This document shows positions 27,521 through 36,988 of a DNA stretch of 64,000 nt, piece by piece. The notes beneath the pieces were generated by a model. The model ran no database searches. It was not told the origin of the DNA and worked only from the letters and a program-made list of their open reading frames with translations. The stretch spans positions 16,547 through 80,546 of the forward strand of contig JBNKOC010000023.1 in NCBI GenBank assembly GCA_050294405.1, in the 5' to 3' direction. How positions within the stretch are numbered: position 1 is the stretch's first letter; each line of letters opens with the position of its first letter. The stretch comes from Fibrobacteria bacterium (GTDB lineage: Bacteria; Fibrobacterota; Fibrobacteria; UBA11236; JADFYW01). A program made the translations under genes and the position numbers.

Positions 27521-29398
27521 TTACAAAGAGGTTTTCGCCAATACGGTAAATCTCCAGCCGGGTAAAATATCCCTGTACTTTCCATCTATGGGAAAGGAAA
27601 TGTTTATATGGTTCACCACTTTTTGAACAGAGCGAGTAGCGCCCACTCTAAGGCCGATACCCGCGGAGTAATGAAGTTCATCCCATTCAAAATCTTTACG
27701 CGTGGGAAACACATCTCCGCCATTTAGAAAAACAGCTAAAGCGGGAACGGCGGTTCCGAATTCCAGATTGGGAAAATAGCGCTGTTCCAATTGCATAAAA
27801 TAGCGGGCCTGGCCGGAAAAAAAGCGGTTGGGATAGCCACTTAGGCCCTGTTCCCCGCCAAGATATAATTGGGAGCTCAATTCCTTTTCAAAATAATGAT
27901 ACCAGCTGGAGTAAAAATAACTGGAGAGTCTGGGGGTGGGCTTAAATTGGTATTCAAATACATGGGATAAATAACCGTCTTCCAGTGTTTCTGCGCCATC
28001 CCAAAAATAACCCAGGCTAGCAGCTGTATTTACAAAATGCATGTTATTCCACGCATTAATGTAAACCAGGCTGTGTTTTAGCTTCCAATCCGAATTATGG
28101 GCTCCCGCAAATTTTAAATTTTTATAAATATCCTGAGTGAAACGAAAACCCACATCTATATCTTCGGTCCACTTCACATTGCGGAAATTTTTAACGGTTT
28201 TGTATTTGCTTTGGTAATAGGAAAAACTGGCTCCCAATAAAAAATCGCGTCTAAAATCCAGGGCGTATTTATTTTTAAAATCACCGCTAACATAGGGGCT
28301 GTTTTGATACAAATTATAATAAGCCAAATAATTTCCATTTTCAGCCTGTTGGTAATTTTCATCCCAGCTAAATTTTCCACTTACATTAAACTTATGGCTG
28401 CTGCCAAAGGAACGGGTAACAGAAAGGCTCATACCCAAATCCACAATATCCCGGTATAAAAAAACAGGCAAAGTGCTGGGCAGCGAATCTTCCATCCAGA
28501 ATACTTTAATAGCTTCTTTAGCCTGCATTTTTCGCTCAGCTTCGCCGGGATCATCTGCATCGGCATAGTAATATCGATTGCTTTTAAGACCCAATCCACT
28601 GATATTATAAGCCCATTTCTGTTTTTTGGACAAAAGGGGCAAGCCTAAATAATATTCGTATTCATAACCATCGGTGGAAAGCCCGCCTCTTCCACTTAGT
28701 TTGAAATTATTTTTAATAAAAGCTTTGTTTTCGTAAATGGCCGAAACGGTGTTTCTATCAATGGTATGGGTATAAAATGCACCAATTTTTTGGCCGCCGC
28801 CCATAAGATTGCTTTCCAAAAGCCCAAACCAATACTCCCATTCCTGGGCAGGTTTTTGCAGCCCAATTCCAGGGGTAGTAGAAAACTGATCAAAGGTATG
28901 CACCACAATGGAGGCTTCATTTTTATCACTTACCAACACTTCAATAATGGCATCCGCCAGAAATTCTTCAGAGCGCAATTTTTTTTCACTTTCCATTAAG
29001 TCTTCTTTGTCCACTTGCTGGCCTTTGGATACCAGCAGTCTTTTGGAAATGGTTTTCTGCTTGGATTTAATATGGAGTTTGTTACCCAATTCAAACACAT
29101 CCTCTTCTATTGGAGTGTTTACCTTAGAACCTTCAAAGGCATCGTAGGTCACAATTTTTATATCTATCAGGGTGGCCTTAAAGTCTTCGGGAAGTTTACT
29201 GGCCAACACAGCCCCAGGAGTTTGGGTAAAGCTTCTGTTAGAGCCAAAGGCCGGATTTATCCAAAGGAAAGATAAACACAGAAAAAGAGCCCCAATTTTT
29301 TTTTGAAATTTCAGAATTGCGATGGGAGGTAAAATCAAATAAAAATTCCTGTTAAAATTGAATCTCCATAAATTAAAAAAACGCCTTCCCAAAAACAT
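27521..29398 (-). CDS. Omp85/BamA-TamA-family outer membrane protein
   Basis: Signal-like segment, POTRA-like region (TISKRLLVSKGQQVDKEDLMESEKKLR), ESNLMGGGQ, LGGEQGLSGYP..FFSG loop and SAGIGLR. True start is probably downstream of 29398. Confidence 0.7.
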   Translation of the reverse strand: MFLGRRFFNLWRFNFNRNFYLILPPIAILKFQKKIGALFLCLSFLWINPAFGSNRSFTQTPGAVLASKLPEDFKATLIDIKIVTYDAFEGSKVNTPIEEDVFELGNKLHIKSKQKTISKRLLVSKGQQVDKEDLMESEKKLRSEEFLADAIIEVLVSDKNEASIVVHTFDQFSTTPGIGLQKPAQEWEYWFGLLESNLMGGGQKIGAFYTHTIDRNTVSAIYENKAFIKNNFKLSGRGGLSTDGYEYEYYLGLPLLSKKQKWAYNISGLGLKSNRYYYADADDPGEAERKMQAKEAIKVFWMEDSLPSTLPVFLYRDIVDLGMSLSVTRSFGSSHKFNVSGKFSWDENYQQAENGNYLAYYNLYQNSPYVSGDFKNKYALDFRRDFLLGASFSYYQSKYKTVKNFRNVKWTEDIDVGFRFTQDIYKNLKFAGAHNSDWKLKHSLVYINAWNNMHFVNTAASLGYFWDGAETLEDGYLSHVFEYQFKPTPRLSSYFYSSWYHYFEKELSSQLYLGGEQGLSGYPNRFFSGQARYFMQLEQRYFPNLEFGTAVPALAVFLNGGDVFPTRKDFEWDELHYSAGIGLRVGATRSVQKVVNHINISFPIDGKYRDILPGWRFTVLAKTSL

Positions 29399-29425
29399 AA
29401 TTTAGAGCTGCCCTTAAGAGGAAAT

Positions 29426-29786
29426 GAGAAAGCCAATCTATAAGCCGGGTTCTGTCGTGGATGATCATCCATCTAGGCCATATTTTGCAACATGGCTCAA
29501 GCTACCTACCCGAAAATCAAGGGAGACGAGCCGCCTCTCATCAGTTGCCTGATTCTTTCCCTATTTGGTATTGCACCGGATGGGGTTTACCCTGCCCCGG
29601 CCCTCACGGGTCGGGCGGTGAGCTCTTACCTCGCCATTTCACCCTTACCCCCAAAGGGGGCGGTATATTTTCTGTGGCACTTTCCTCCCGTCACCGGGAC
29701 TGGCCATTAACCAGCATCCTGCTCTATGGTGCCCGGACTTTCCTCTGGCCCCAAAAGAAACCAGCGATCATCCGATTGACTTACTC
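29426..29786 (-). ncRNA. rnpB: RNase P RNA (bacterial type A)
   Basis: Minus strand contains GAGGAAAGTCCGGGC, AGTGCCACAGAAA, GGTAAACCCC and ACAGAACCCGGCTTAT. The ends (AAGTCAATC/GATTGGCTT) pair as P1. Confidence 0.95.
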
Positions 29787-29819
29787 GAAATGCAATATAC
29801 TAAAACTTGGAAAGCCCAG

Positions 29820-31094
29820 TTAATTCAAGGATTTTAAAGCCAGTTTCATTTTTTCCAGAGTTTGATTTAAAATTTCTTCGCTGTGGGCCGTGCCCACAAA
29901 AAGGGCTTCAAACTGGGAAGGCGGCAACAAAATGCCCTGGGCCAGATTGGCTCTGAACCATTTTGCAAAAAGTTCCGTATCCGAAGAAGTGGCTGTTTTG
30001 TAGTCCACCACGTTTTCCGAAGTAAAAAACACAGTTAACATGCTGCCTACTCTATTGAGGCAAAAGGGAATAGAGCTTTCTTTTAATATAGACTCCAAAC
30101 CATCGGCTAAAAATTTCGCTTTGCTTTCCAGATTTTCATAAAAACCAGGCTTGCTAATTTCATTTAGTGCAGCCAATCCTGCGGCAGTGGCTAAAGGATT
30201 TCCGGATAAAGTTCCCGCCTGGTAAACCGGTCCGGCAGGGCTTAGTTTTTCCATAATTTCCCGTTTGCCCCCGTAGGCGCCTACCGGCAAACCGCCTCCA
30301 ATAATTTTACCCATAGTGGTCAAATCCGGTTTTATGTTATATAAGCCTTGAGCTCCCTGAAGGCTTACCCTGAATCCGCTCATTACTTCGTCCATAATAA
30401 AAACAGCTTCGTAGTCATCGCATAACTTGCGAAGGCCTTCTAAAAAGCCAAGAGCCGGAACCACAACTCCCATGTTACCAGGAACGCCTTCTACAATGAG
30501 GCCGGCAATGTTATCGGGGTATTTTTCAAAAAGGGCTTTTACCGAATCCAAATCATTATAATCGGCCAATAAGGTATCTTGGGCTGTTCCTTTTGTAACT
30601 CCTGGGCTTGAAGGTTGGCCAAAGGTTAAAGCCCCCGAACCCGCTTCAATTAAAAAGCTGTCGCCATGGCCATGGTAACATCCCCTAAACTTTATAATCA
30701 AATCTTTGCCGGTATACCCCCGGGCAAGTCTCACGGCACTCATGGTGGCTTCGGTTCCAGAATTTACCAGGCGAACCATTTCCATGCTGGGAACTATCTC
30801 ACAAATTTTTTCGGCAATGTTTATTTCCGCTTCAGTAGAAGCCCCGAAACTCATGCCTTTTTTAGCAGCTTCTAAAACTGCTTTTTTTACAGAAGGATGG
30901 TTGTGGCCAAAAATCATGGGCCCCCAAGAGCCGATAAAATCAATGTGTTCTTTGCCCTCATTATCATAAACATAAGGTCCGTTTGCCCGGGACACAAAAA
31001 TGGGAGCGCCTCCCACGGAAGCAAAAGCGCGCACAGGAGAATTCACTCCTCCAGGAATAAATTTTTTTGCTTTTTCGAATAATGCCTCAGACAT
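29820..31094 (-). CDS. hemL: Glutamate-1-semialdehyde 2,1-aminomutase
   Basis: IPGGVNSPVRAF, VNSGTEATMSAVRLARG, GCYHGHGD and GKIIGGGLPVGAYGG. Start placed at MSEAL after an AGGTGG RBS. Confidence 0.97.
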   Translation of the reverse strand: MSEALFEKAKKFIPGGVNSPVRAFASVGGAPIFVSRANGPYVYDNEGKEHIDFIGSWGPMIFGHNHPSVKKAVLEAAKKGMSFGASTEAEINIAEKICEIVPSMEMVRLVNSGTEATMSAVRLARGYTGKDLIIKFRGCYHGHGDSFLIEAGSGALTFGQPSSPGVTKGTAQDTLLADYNDLDSVKALFEKYPDNIAGLIVEGVPGNMGVVVPALGFLEGLRKLCDDYEAVFIMDEVMSGFRVSLQGAQGLYNIKPDLTTMGKIIGGGLPVGAYGGKREIMEKLSPAGPVYQAGTLSGNPLATAAGLAALNEISKPGFYENLESKAKFLADGLESILKESSIPFCLNRVGSMLTVFFTSENVVDYKTATSSDTELFAKWFRANLAQGILLPPSQFEALFVGTAHSEEILNQTLEKMKLALKSLN

Positions 31095-31113
31095 AAAAAC
31101 CACCTTTCAAATC

Positions 31114-31860
31114 TTATTTTTCTTCTTTAGCTAAATTTAAAAAGCTTTTAAGGGCTTTTTCCAGCTCTCCCATTTTGCAAATTTGTCCAGGAACCACTCC
31201 TAGCTTTTGAAGGGCTTCCGCAGAGGAGTCTCCCAGAGCAATGGTATATTTTGCCTCTAACTTTTTTTTCTCCTCATGGGGAAAAACCTCTTTTAGCCAA
31301 TCCCACAGATTTTCCACAGTGCTGCCCGAGCTAAAAAGCAAAATTTGGATATTTACAAACTCTGCAGCTAACATTTTTTTGGAAACATCATTTAGGCAGG
31401 GTTCGTACAGAGGAAAGTTTTCCAGCTCAATACCCTTTGTGGCAAACTCCACGGGTTTTAGCCTGGTTTTAAGAGAGCAGGGATGAAGCCAATTTTCCAT
31501 TCCGGAAGGGCTGTATTCTTTTAAAAAACCTTCAATGCTGTTTTCTTCCGAACCAAATTTAAAAGGCAGGCCAAGCTTTTCTGCTTTTTTCTCTACAGCA
31601 GCACTTAAACTGTAAACACTATGACCCCTAAACTTTTCAGCCAAAGGCAAAGAATAAAATTGGGAAATGGCAGATGGGCTGCTAAAAAAAATCCCATCGT
31701 ATTTTTTAGCCAGCAATGGCTTTAAAGAAATATTATCCAACAAGCGGCTTTCTACAAGGGGGATGTTAATGGCTTTAAAGCCGCAAGACTCAATAACATG
31801 CTCCCAGTTTTGAGCCTGCTCCGGGGGACGGGGGTTTAATACCAAAGGGGCATTGGCCAT
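31114..31860 (-). CDS. hemD: Uroporphyrinogen-III synthase
   Basis: VLNPRPPEQA, IFFSSPSAI, LFSSGSTV and IALGDSSAEALQKLG. Lies between hemC and hemL. Confidence 0.8.
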   Translation of the reverse strand: MANAPLVLNPRPPEQAQNWEHVIESCGFKAINIPLVESRLLDNISLKPLLAKKYDGIFFSSPSAISQFYSLPLAEKFRGHSVYSLSAAVEKKAEKLGLPFKFGSEENSIEGFLKEYSPSGMENWLHPCSLKTRLKPVEFATKGIELENFPLYEPCLNDVSKKMLAAEFVNIQILLFSSGSTVENLWDWLKEVFPHEEKKKLEAKYTIALGDSSAEALQKLGVVPGQICKMGELEKALKSFLNLAKEEK

Positions 31861-31864
31861 GTAA

Positions 31865-32818
31865 TCATTTATCGGGTTCTAATAAGGCGTGTTCTGGCAA
31901 ATCCTTTGGAAGGGGGATATCTCTGTCCTTACATTCGGCCATCATATCATCTGAAACCGAGCGAAGCAATTGCTCCAAATCATCGTGGTCAGCCTCCCGT
32001 TCCAAGCGAACCACCTCTTTTTTCTTTAAATCTCCAATTAAGGCGGCCATGCGAAAGGCCTCTCCATTGGAATAAATATGGCAGGCCATGGGCACTTTGC
32101 AACCTCCGCCCACTTCGGCCATAAACTGCCGTTCCATTAGTACACAGGCTTCGGTAATGGGGTCGTTTATACTTTTAACCAGGGCAATGGATTCTGTATC
32201 TAATCTTCTGCATTCCAGGGCCAACGCGCCTTGGCCAATGGCCGGAATCAAGCTGTCAAAAGAAAACTTTGAACTTATTTTATCCGCCATTCCCAAACGC
32301 TTCATTCCCGCAGCAGCTAAAATAATTCCCGCTAGCTCTCCGGACTCTACTTTGTTAATACGGGTATCCAGGTTTCCCCTAATGGCTATGTATTCCAAAT
32401 CATCCCGCAATTGCTGAAGCTGCACTATTCTGCGTGGGGAACCCGTTCCCACTTTGGAGCCTTTTGGCAAGTCCATAAATTTTTTACCGTTGCCAATCCA
32501 TACATCCCGCGAATCTTCCCGTTCGGGAAAGCATACCAGCGCCAAATCCTCGGGTTGGTTTTCCGGCACATCTTTTAGTGAATGGACGGCCACATCAATT
32601 TCCTTATCCATAAGAGCTATTTGCAGTTCCTTTACAAATACTCCAAGGCCGGCGAATTTATCCAAACGGGTTTTTTGATCCAAATCGCCAGTGGTTTTCA
32701 CAATTTTGTGCTCCACTTCCAAATTGGGATTTAGTTCTTTAATTCTGTCTATGGCCCATAAAGTCTGAGTTACAGCCAACTGGCTTCCTCTGCTGCCCAC
32801 TATTAATTTGTTTTTCAT
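31865..32818 (-). CDS. hemC: Hydroxymethylbilane synthase
   Basis: GSRGSQLA, GVFVKEL, AVHSLKD, GTGSPRR, IRGNLDTR and GGCKVP. Confidence 0.97.
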   Translation of the reverse strand: MKNKLIVGSRGSQLAVTQTLWAIDRIKELNPNLEVEHKIVKTTGDLDQKTRLDKFAGLGVFVKELQIALMDKEIDVAVHSLKDVPENQPEDLALVCFPEREDSRDVWIGNGKKFMDLPKGSKVGTGSPRRIVQLQQLRDDLEYIAIRGNLDTRINKVESGELAGIILAAAGMKRLGMADKISSKFSFDSLIPAIGQGALALECRRLDTESIALVKSINDPITEACVLMERQFMAEVGGGCKVPMACHIYSNGEAFRMAALIGDLKKKEVVRLEREADHDDLEQLLRSVSDDMMAECKDRDIPLPKDLPEHALLEPDK

Positions 32819-32830
32819 GAATTTTTTATG

Positions 32831-33541
32831 TTAATGACTTTTTTCCACAATAATGGCGTGTTGGCCATTTTCCAATTGTTGCTGACTTAAAACCTTTTGG
32901 CCTTCTGCCTTTAAAGACTCGGGTACATTTTTAATAGGGTCCCCATCATCTAAGATAACTTTTAATTTTTCGCCCACAGACATTTTGGACAATTGCACTT
33001 TTGTTTTCACAAAATTAATGGGGCATTTCACCCCTGTTAAATTTAATGTGAGCGCAATGTCATCCTCAGAACTCTCTTTATTGCCCTCTGCTTCTGTGGA
33101 TGTTTTACTTTCATTTTGAAAAGCACCCATTAAGGCATGCCAGGCCAAGGTGGCGCACTTCACACGGGCGGGATACTCTTTAACACCTTCAAAAAGAGAC
33201 AGCTTTCCCAAATGATTTTCACCCTTTAATACATCGCCTTCGCCTTTTACCATTTGGTGGAATTCCTGGAAAACAGTTTCCAACTCTGGCACAGACTTGC
33301 CTTTGGCAAAACCGGTCATTATGGAAGAACTGGCCTTGCTAATAGCGCAGCCTGAACCCTGAAAACTCACATCCTCCACTACTTTTTCGGGATTCATTTT
33401 TACGTACACTGTGATGTTATCACCGCAAAGAGGGTTGTGTCCATTGCATTGGTGGGTCGCATCCTCCAGCACTTTAAAATTGCGCGGAGTTTTATTGTGG
33501 TCCAATATTATTTGCTGATATAATTCGCTGGAAAAGGCCAT
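32831..33541 (-). CDS. SufU/IscU-type Fe-S scaffold fused to a C-terminal TusA/SirA sulfur-carrier domain
   Basis: LYQQIILDH, GHNPLCGD, GSGCAISKAS, PARVKCATLAW, a linker, then LNLTGVKCPINFVKTK...LKVILDDGDPIKNVPESL. Confidence 0.85.
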   Translation of the reverse strand: MAFSSELYQQIILDHNKTPRNFKVLEDATHQCNGHNPLCGDNITVYVKMNPEKVVEDVSFQGSGCAISKASSSIMTGFAKGKSVPELETVFQEFHQMVKGEGDVLKGENHLGKLSLFEGVKEYPARVKCATLAWHALMGAFQNESKTSTEAEGNKESSEDDIALTLNLTGVKCPINFVKTKVQLSKMSVGEKLKVILDDGDPIKNVPESLKAEGQKVLSQQQLENGQHAIIVEKSH

Positions 33542-33550
33542 AATTTGTGT

Positions 33551-33856
33551 TTACATTCCCGGGATTTTTAAACCTGAGGTGAGCCCGCCCAATTTGGACT
33601 GGGATTCCCCATCAATTTGATTTTTTACATTTGTGTAAGCGGCCATAATTAAGTCTTCCAGAGCCTCAATATCATCTGGATCTACAACCTCAGGAGCCAA
33701 TTGAATACTCTGCATTTCGCTTTTTCCGTTCATGGTGATTTTTACCATGCCGCCGCCTGCTTCCGCTTCAAAAATTTTTTCTTCTAGCTCGGCCTGCACC
33801 CTTGCCATTTGGCTTTGCAGTTTCTGCATGTCTTTCATCATTTTTTGCATGTTCAT
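33551..33856 (-). CDS. ybaB: Nucleoid-associated protein YbaB/EbfC
   Basis: AGGGMVKITMNG and DPDDIEALEDLIMAA. Follows dnaX. Confidence 0.93.
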   Translation of the reverse strand: MNMQKMMKDMQKLQSQMARVQAELEEKIFEAEAGGGMVKITMNGKSEMQSIQLAPEVVDPDDIEALEDLIMAAYTNVKNQIDGESQSKLGGLTSGLKIPGM

Positions 33857-33879
33857 AATAAGCTCCTATGCCACTTCAA

Positions 33880-35685
33880 TTAATCTATAAACTCAGCTTC
33901 AAATTTATCAAATATGTATTTGATAATGGGTTCTTTTTCCATTATTTCTTTATGGTATTCTTCCCGGTTCTTAAATGAATTCAAATCAAGCCCCTGGCCC
34001 TGTTTTTTATCTTCCTCTTCAGAAAATTCGGCCTTTATTTCCAGGTTAAACTCCGGCGGGTGCTCAAATTTTGAGTCCAGAAAGAGTTTCAAATCTTTAA
34101 GACAGCCCCTGTCCGACTGGATAATCCGCATAAAAGAGGGGTTTGTGATGACCAATTCCACCCGCTTTGCCTGGGCTTTATCCCACTCTGCCCTAGAATC
34201 CGTAAATCGGTTGCCAAAAAGAGGCTGTACCTGAATGAGCTCTCCCACCAGTTCGTTCCATCTCTCACACATTTCCCTTAAGTTGGAAAGGGAGCTCACA
34301 AAGGAAATAGAAGGATCCGGTTCTTCTTCCTCTTCATAATCTTCCTCTTCAGGTCTTGGTGCGTCTTTTACCGCCGTTGGACTGTAATAATCTTCTGGAC
34401 TGCTTTGCGTTAACTCTCCGTATTTGGGAGGAGGTGGAGATAAGGGAGCGGGAACTTCTTCGAAATCCTGGGGAATAGCTTCGGACTTTGGCTCTGGGGC
34501 CAATTCTTCTATGAGCTTGGAGTCAGATCCTTTTTTTTTTTCTTCGGGGCTTTCCCCGGTTAAGTTGCTTTTTAGCAGCTGAGAAATCTGGACTAGTCCA
34601 TCCAGACTGGCCATTTTAGCCACCCCCATTTCCAAAGCTAATTGCGGGTTAAATGAGGATTTTAACTGTCCGCTTAGCTGGGATAAAATATGGCCCATTC
34701 TCAAAATATCGCCATCGGATAATTTTTGTCCCAGTTGGGTATAACGGGCAAACTTATCGCCATCAATGCCCAAAGTCTCTGCTTCAATTCCTTTTTGCTT
34801 GGCGTATAAAAGGTTTCGCAAAAAATGCCCAAAGCCGTGGACCACTTCGGGAATTTCAATTCCCAGGTTATAAAACTCTTCCAAGCTTAAAAAGCAAGCA
34901 GCGGTATTTTTGTCCAGAATGTTTTGAAACAGCTGTTCAAACAATTCAAAGGGAGGAATGCCTAATACTCGCCGTACATCTTCTGCCGGCATTTTTTGTC
35001 CGGAAAAAGAATACACCTGGTCCAGAAAGCTTAGGGCATCTCGCATACTACCCTGGGCTCGTTGGGCCACAAGATTTAGAGCCTCTGCTTCCGCCTCGAT
35101 TTTTTCTTCTTTACAAATAAAGCTCAAACGATCGGCAATATCCTTTTGAGAAATCCGCTTAAAATCATAGCGCTGGACTCTGGATAAAATGGTTTGCGGG
35201 ACTTTGCGAATTTCTGTGGTGGCAAAAATAAAAACCACATGGGAAGGGGGCTCTTCCAAAGTTTTGAGCAAGGCGTTAAAAGCCTCTTTGGTGAGCATAT
35301 GTACTTCATCAATAATAAAGATTTTGTGCGCGCCGTGCATGGGAGCATACTTTACCTGCTCCCGCAGTTCACGGATGTCTTCCACCCCTCGGTTGGAAGC
35401 GCCATCAATTTCCAATACATCAATGCTGCGTCCCGCTGAAATTTCTTCGCAATTTTTACATTGGCAACAGGGTTCCCCTTCCTGGGAATCCAGACAATTT
35501 AAGGCTTTAGCTAAAATACGAGCCGAAGTGGTTTTGCCCACCCCTCGAGTACCTGTAAACAAAAAGGCATGGGAAACTTTGCCATTATTAATTGCATTAA
35601 CCAGAGTTTTTTCTACGTGTTCCTGGCCCACTAAGTCTTTAAACTTCTGAGGCCTCCACTTTCTGGCTAAAACCACATAAGCCAT
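33880..35685 (-). CDS. dnaX: DNA polymerase III subunits gamma/tau
   Basis: LARKWRPQKF, GTRGVGKTT, EIDGASNRGV, IIDEVHML and NALLKTLEEPP. Confidence 0.97.
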   Translation of the reverse strand: MAYVVLARKWRPQKFKDLVGQEHVEKTLVNAINNGKVSHAFLFTGTRGVGKTTSARILAKALNCLDSQEGEPCCQCKNCEEISAGRSIDVLEIDGASNRGVEDIRELREQVKYAPMHGAHKIFIIDEVHMLTKEAFNALLKTLEEPPSHVVFIFATTEIRKVPQTILSRVQRYDFKRISQKDIADRLSFICKEEKIEAEAEALNLVAQRAQGSMRDALSFLDQVYSFSGQKMPAEDVRRVLGIPPFELFEQLFQNILDKNTAACFLSLEEFYNLGIEIPEVVHGFGHFLRNLLYAKQKGIEAETLGIDGDKFARYTQLGQKLSDGDILRMGHILSQLSGQLKSSFNPQLALEMGVAKMASLDGLVQISQLLKSNLTGESPEEKKKGSDSKLIEELAPEPKSEAIPQDFEEVPAPLSPPPPKYGELTQSSPEDYYSPTAVKDAPRPEEEDYEEEEEPDPSISFVSSLSNLREMCERWNELVGELIQVQPLFGNRFTDSRAEWDKAQAKRVELVITNPSFMRIIQSDRGCLKDLKLFLDSKFEHPPEFNLEIKAEFSEEEDKKQGQGLDLNSFKNREEYHKEIMEKEPIIKYIFDKFEAEFID

Positions 35686-36590
35686 TAACGCCCTCTCGCC
35701 GTTTTCTTTTTAGGTTTATGGGTTTGATACACCAAAGTCACTTCGTTGCCTTTTTCATTAAAGCTTAGTTCATCAAAGGCGTGCATGGCTATCATCAATC
35801 CCCGGCCATTGCGTTTAAGTAAATTAATATCGTCTTTGGGATTGGGAAGATTGCGCCAGTTAAAACCCTGGCCCATGTCCTTCACCACATACACCACTTT
35901 TTTCTCGGTGGGAAAAACACTGGCATTAATTTCAACCACCCTGTCACGGTACTCCTTTGAATTGGCCCTCTCCCAGGCTAATTCAAAAAATACGGATTCT
36001 TTAAGGGCCTCACTTTTTTCTTCAAAGCTAATGGCCAAATTACCGTGCTCTATGGCATTGTTTACAATTTCATTTAACCCTAAAATCACCTGGTACTTGT
36101 TGTTTTCCTCAGTGGGTAAAGTAGTGTATACCAAGTCCTTGACCACTTGTACCACTAACCCAAAATCGTTGGGTAAAATTATTTTGCGTTCTTCTGAAAC
36201 CAGGGAAAAAGGGTTGTAGGATTCTGCTCTTTCTCCAAAAATTTTACTTAGTTGAAAGGCTATTTCTTTTTGGCTGGCAGGATGTTCGAGACAAGCTCTG
36301 GCTCCGCATTGCAGATAACTCACTGCCTGTTTTCGATTTAAGCTTTCTGCAATTATAATAACCGGAACCGAAGAATAATGAGCCTTTAAGGTGCGCAAAA
36401 ATATTTCGCCTTGGGATTCAACCAGAGAAATATCGAGAACAAAGGCAAAAACCTCGTGTTCCTTGATATTGGACATGGCTTCGTCCAAGGTAGCAGATAA
36501 AAGCAATTCCAAATCCAGTTGTTTTGCCTTGCTGCGGATAATAGCAATATCCTCAGACCAGTTTTTATTAAGCAAAACAACCAGTTTCAT
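35685..36590 (-). CDS. Receiver-like domain fused to an RsbW-type (anti-sigma Ser kinase) HATPase domain
   Basis: Degenerate REC N-terminus (FVLDISL, VPVIII, GARACLEHP). C-terminal LGLNEIVNNAIEHGN, VVKDMGQGF, NGRGLMI and FNEKGN. Confidence 0.8.
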   Translation of the reverse strand: MKLVVLLNKNWSEDIAIIRSKAKQLDLELLLSATLDEAMSNIKEHEVFAFVLDISLVESQGEIFLRTLKAHYSSVPVIIIAESLNRKQAVSYLQCGARACLEHPASQKEIAFQLSKIFGERAESYNPFSLVSEERKIILPNDFGLVVQVVKDLVYTTLPTEENNKYQVILGLNEIVNNAIEHGNLAISFEEKSEALKESVFFELAWERANSKEYRDRVVEINASVFPTEKKVVYVVKDMGQGFNWRNLPNPKDDINLLKRNGRGLMIAMHAFDELSFNEKGNEVTLVYQTHKPKKKTARGR

Positions 36591-36621
36591 ATTTTTTAAA
36601 GTTCCTTAATCCAAAAGGGAT

Positions 36622-36759
36622 TTATTCACATCCAATAAAACCGAAAGGTCCTGCAAAAAACCAGGGCGCATTTTCGGGCACAGCGAAAGGTAAAAAAATT
36701 ATTCCCCAGTACCAGATCCATTTGGCGATGTCCCTTAAAATGACTTTAAAAAAGCTCAT
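36622..36759 (-). CDS. Putative 45-aa aromatic-rich small protein
   Basis: Manual translation: MSFFKVILRDIAKWIWYWGIIFLPFAVPENAPWFFAGPFGFIGCE*. Too short for the ORF track. Co-oriented with the downstream operon. Confidence 0.3.
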   Translation of the reverse strand: MSFFKVILRDIAKWIWYWGIIFLPFAVPENAPWFFAGPFGFIGCE

Positions 36760-36988
36760 TTTAAAAAAGTATTTTACTTTTTTGAGCCTCAGGCCAGTGC
36801 AACCCTTCCACGCCTGGTAGAAGCAAATTCGGTTCGATGTTTATCCTTTCTTGCGTTGAAAAGGACAAAAAACCTATTTTTTTATCTTTGATTTTAGGGG
36901 CAGATTTTTAACTTCCAATCGAAATTAAAATTATTTCTAAAAGAAATATTTTTGCATGTTAATCAAAGTTTAAAAGGGTAATTCGAAC

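Noticed and set aside
29461..29823. ORFs of 120 aa and 72 aa on the + strand
   Set aside because: They are antisense to the RNase P RNA gene and have no protein-like features.
36760..36988. Searched for SRP RNA (ffs) or a tRNA, often found upstream of dnaX
   Set aside because: No SRP loop motif or cloverleaf could be recognised.
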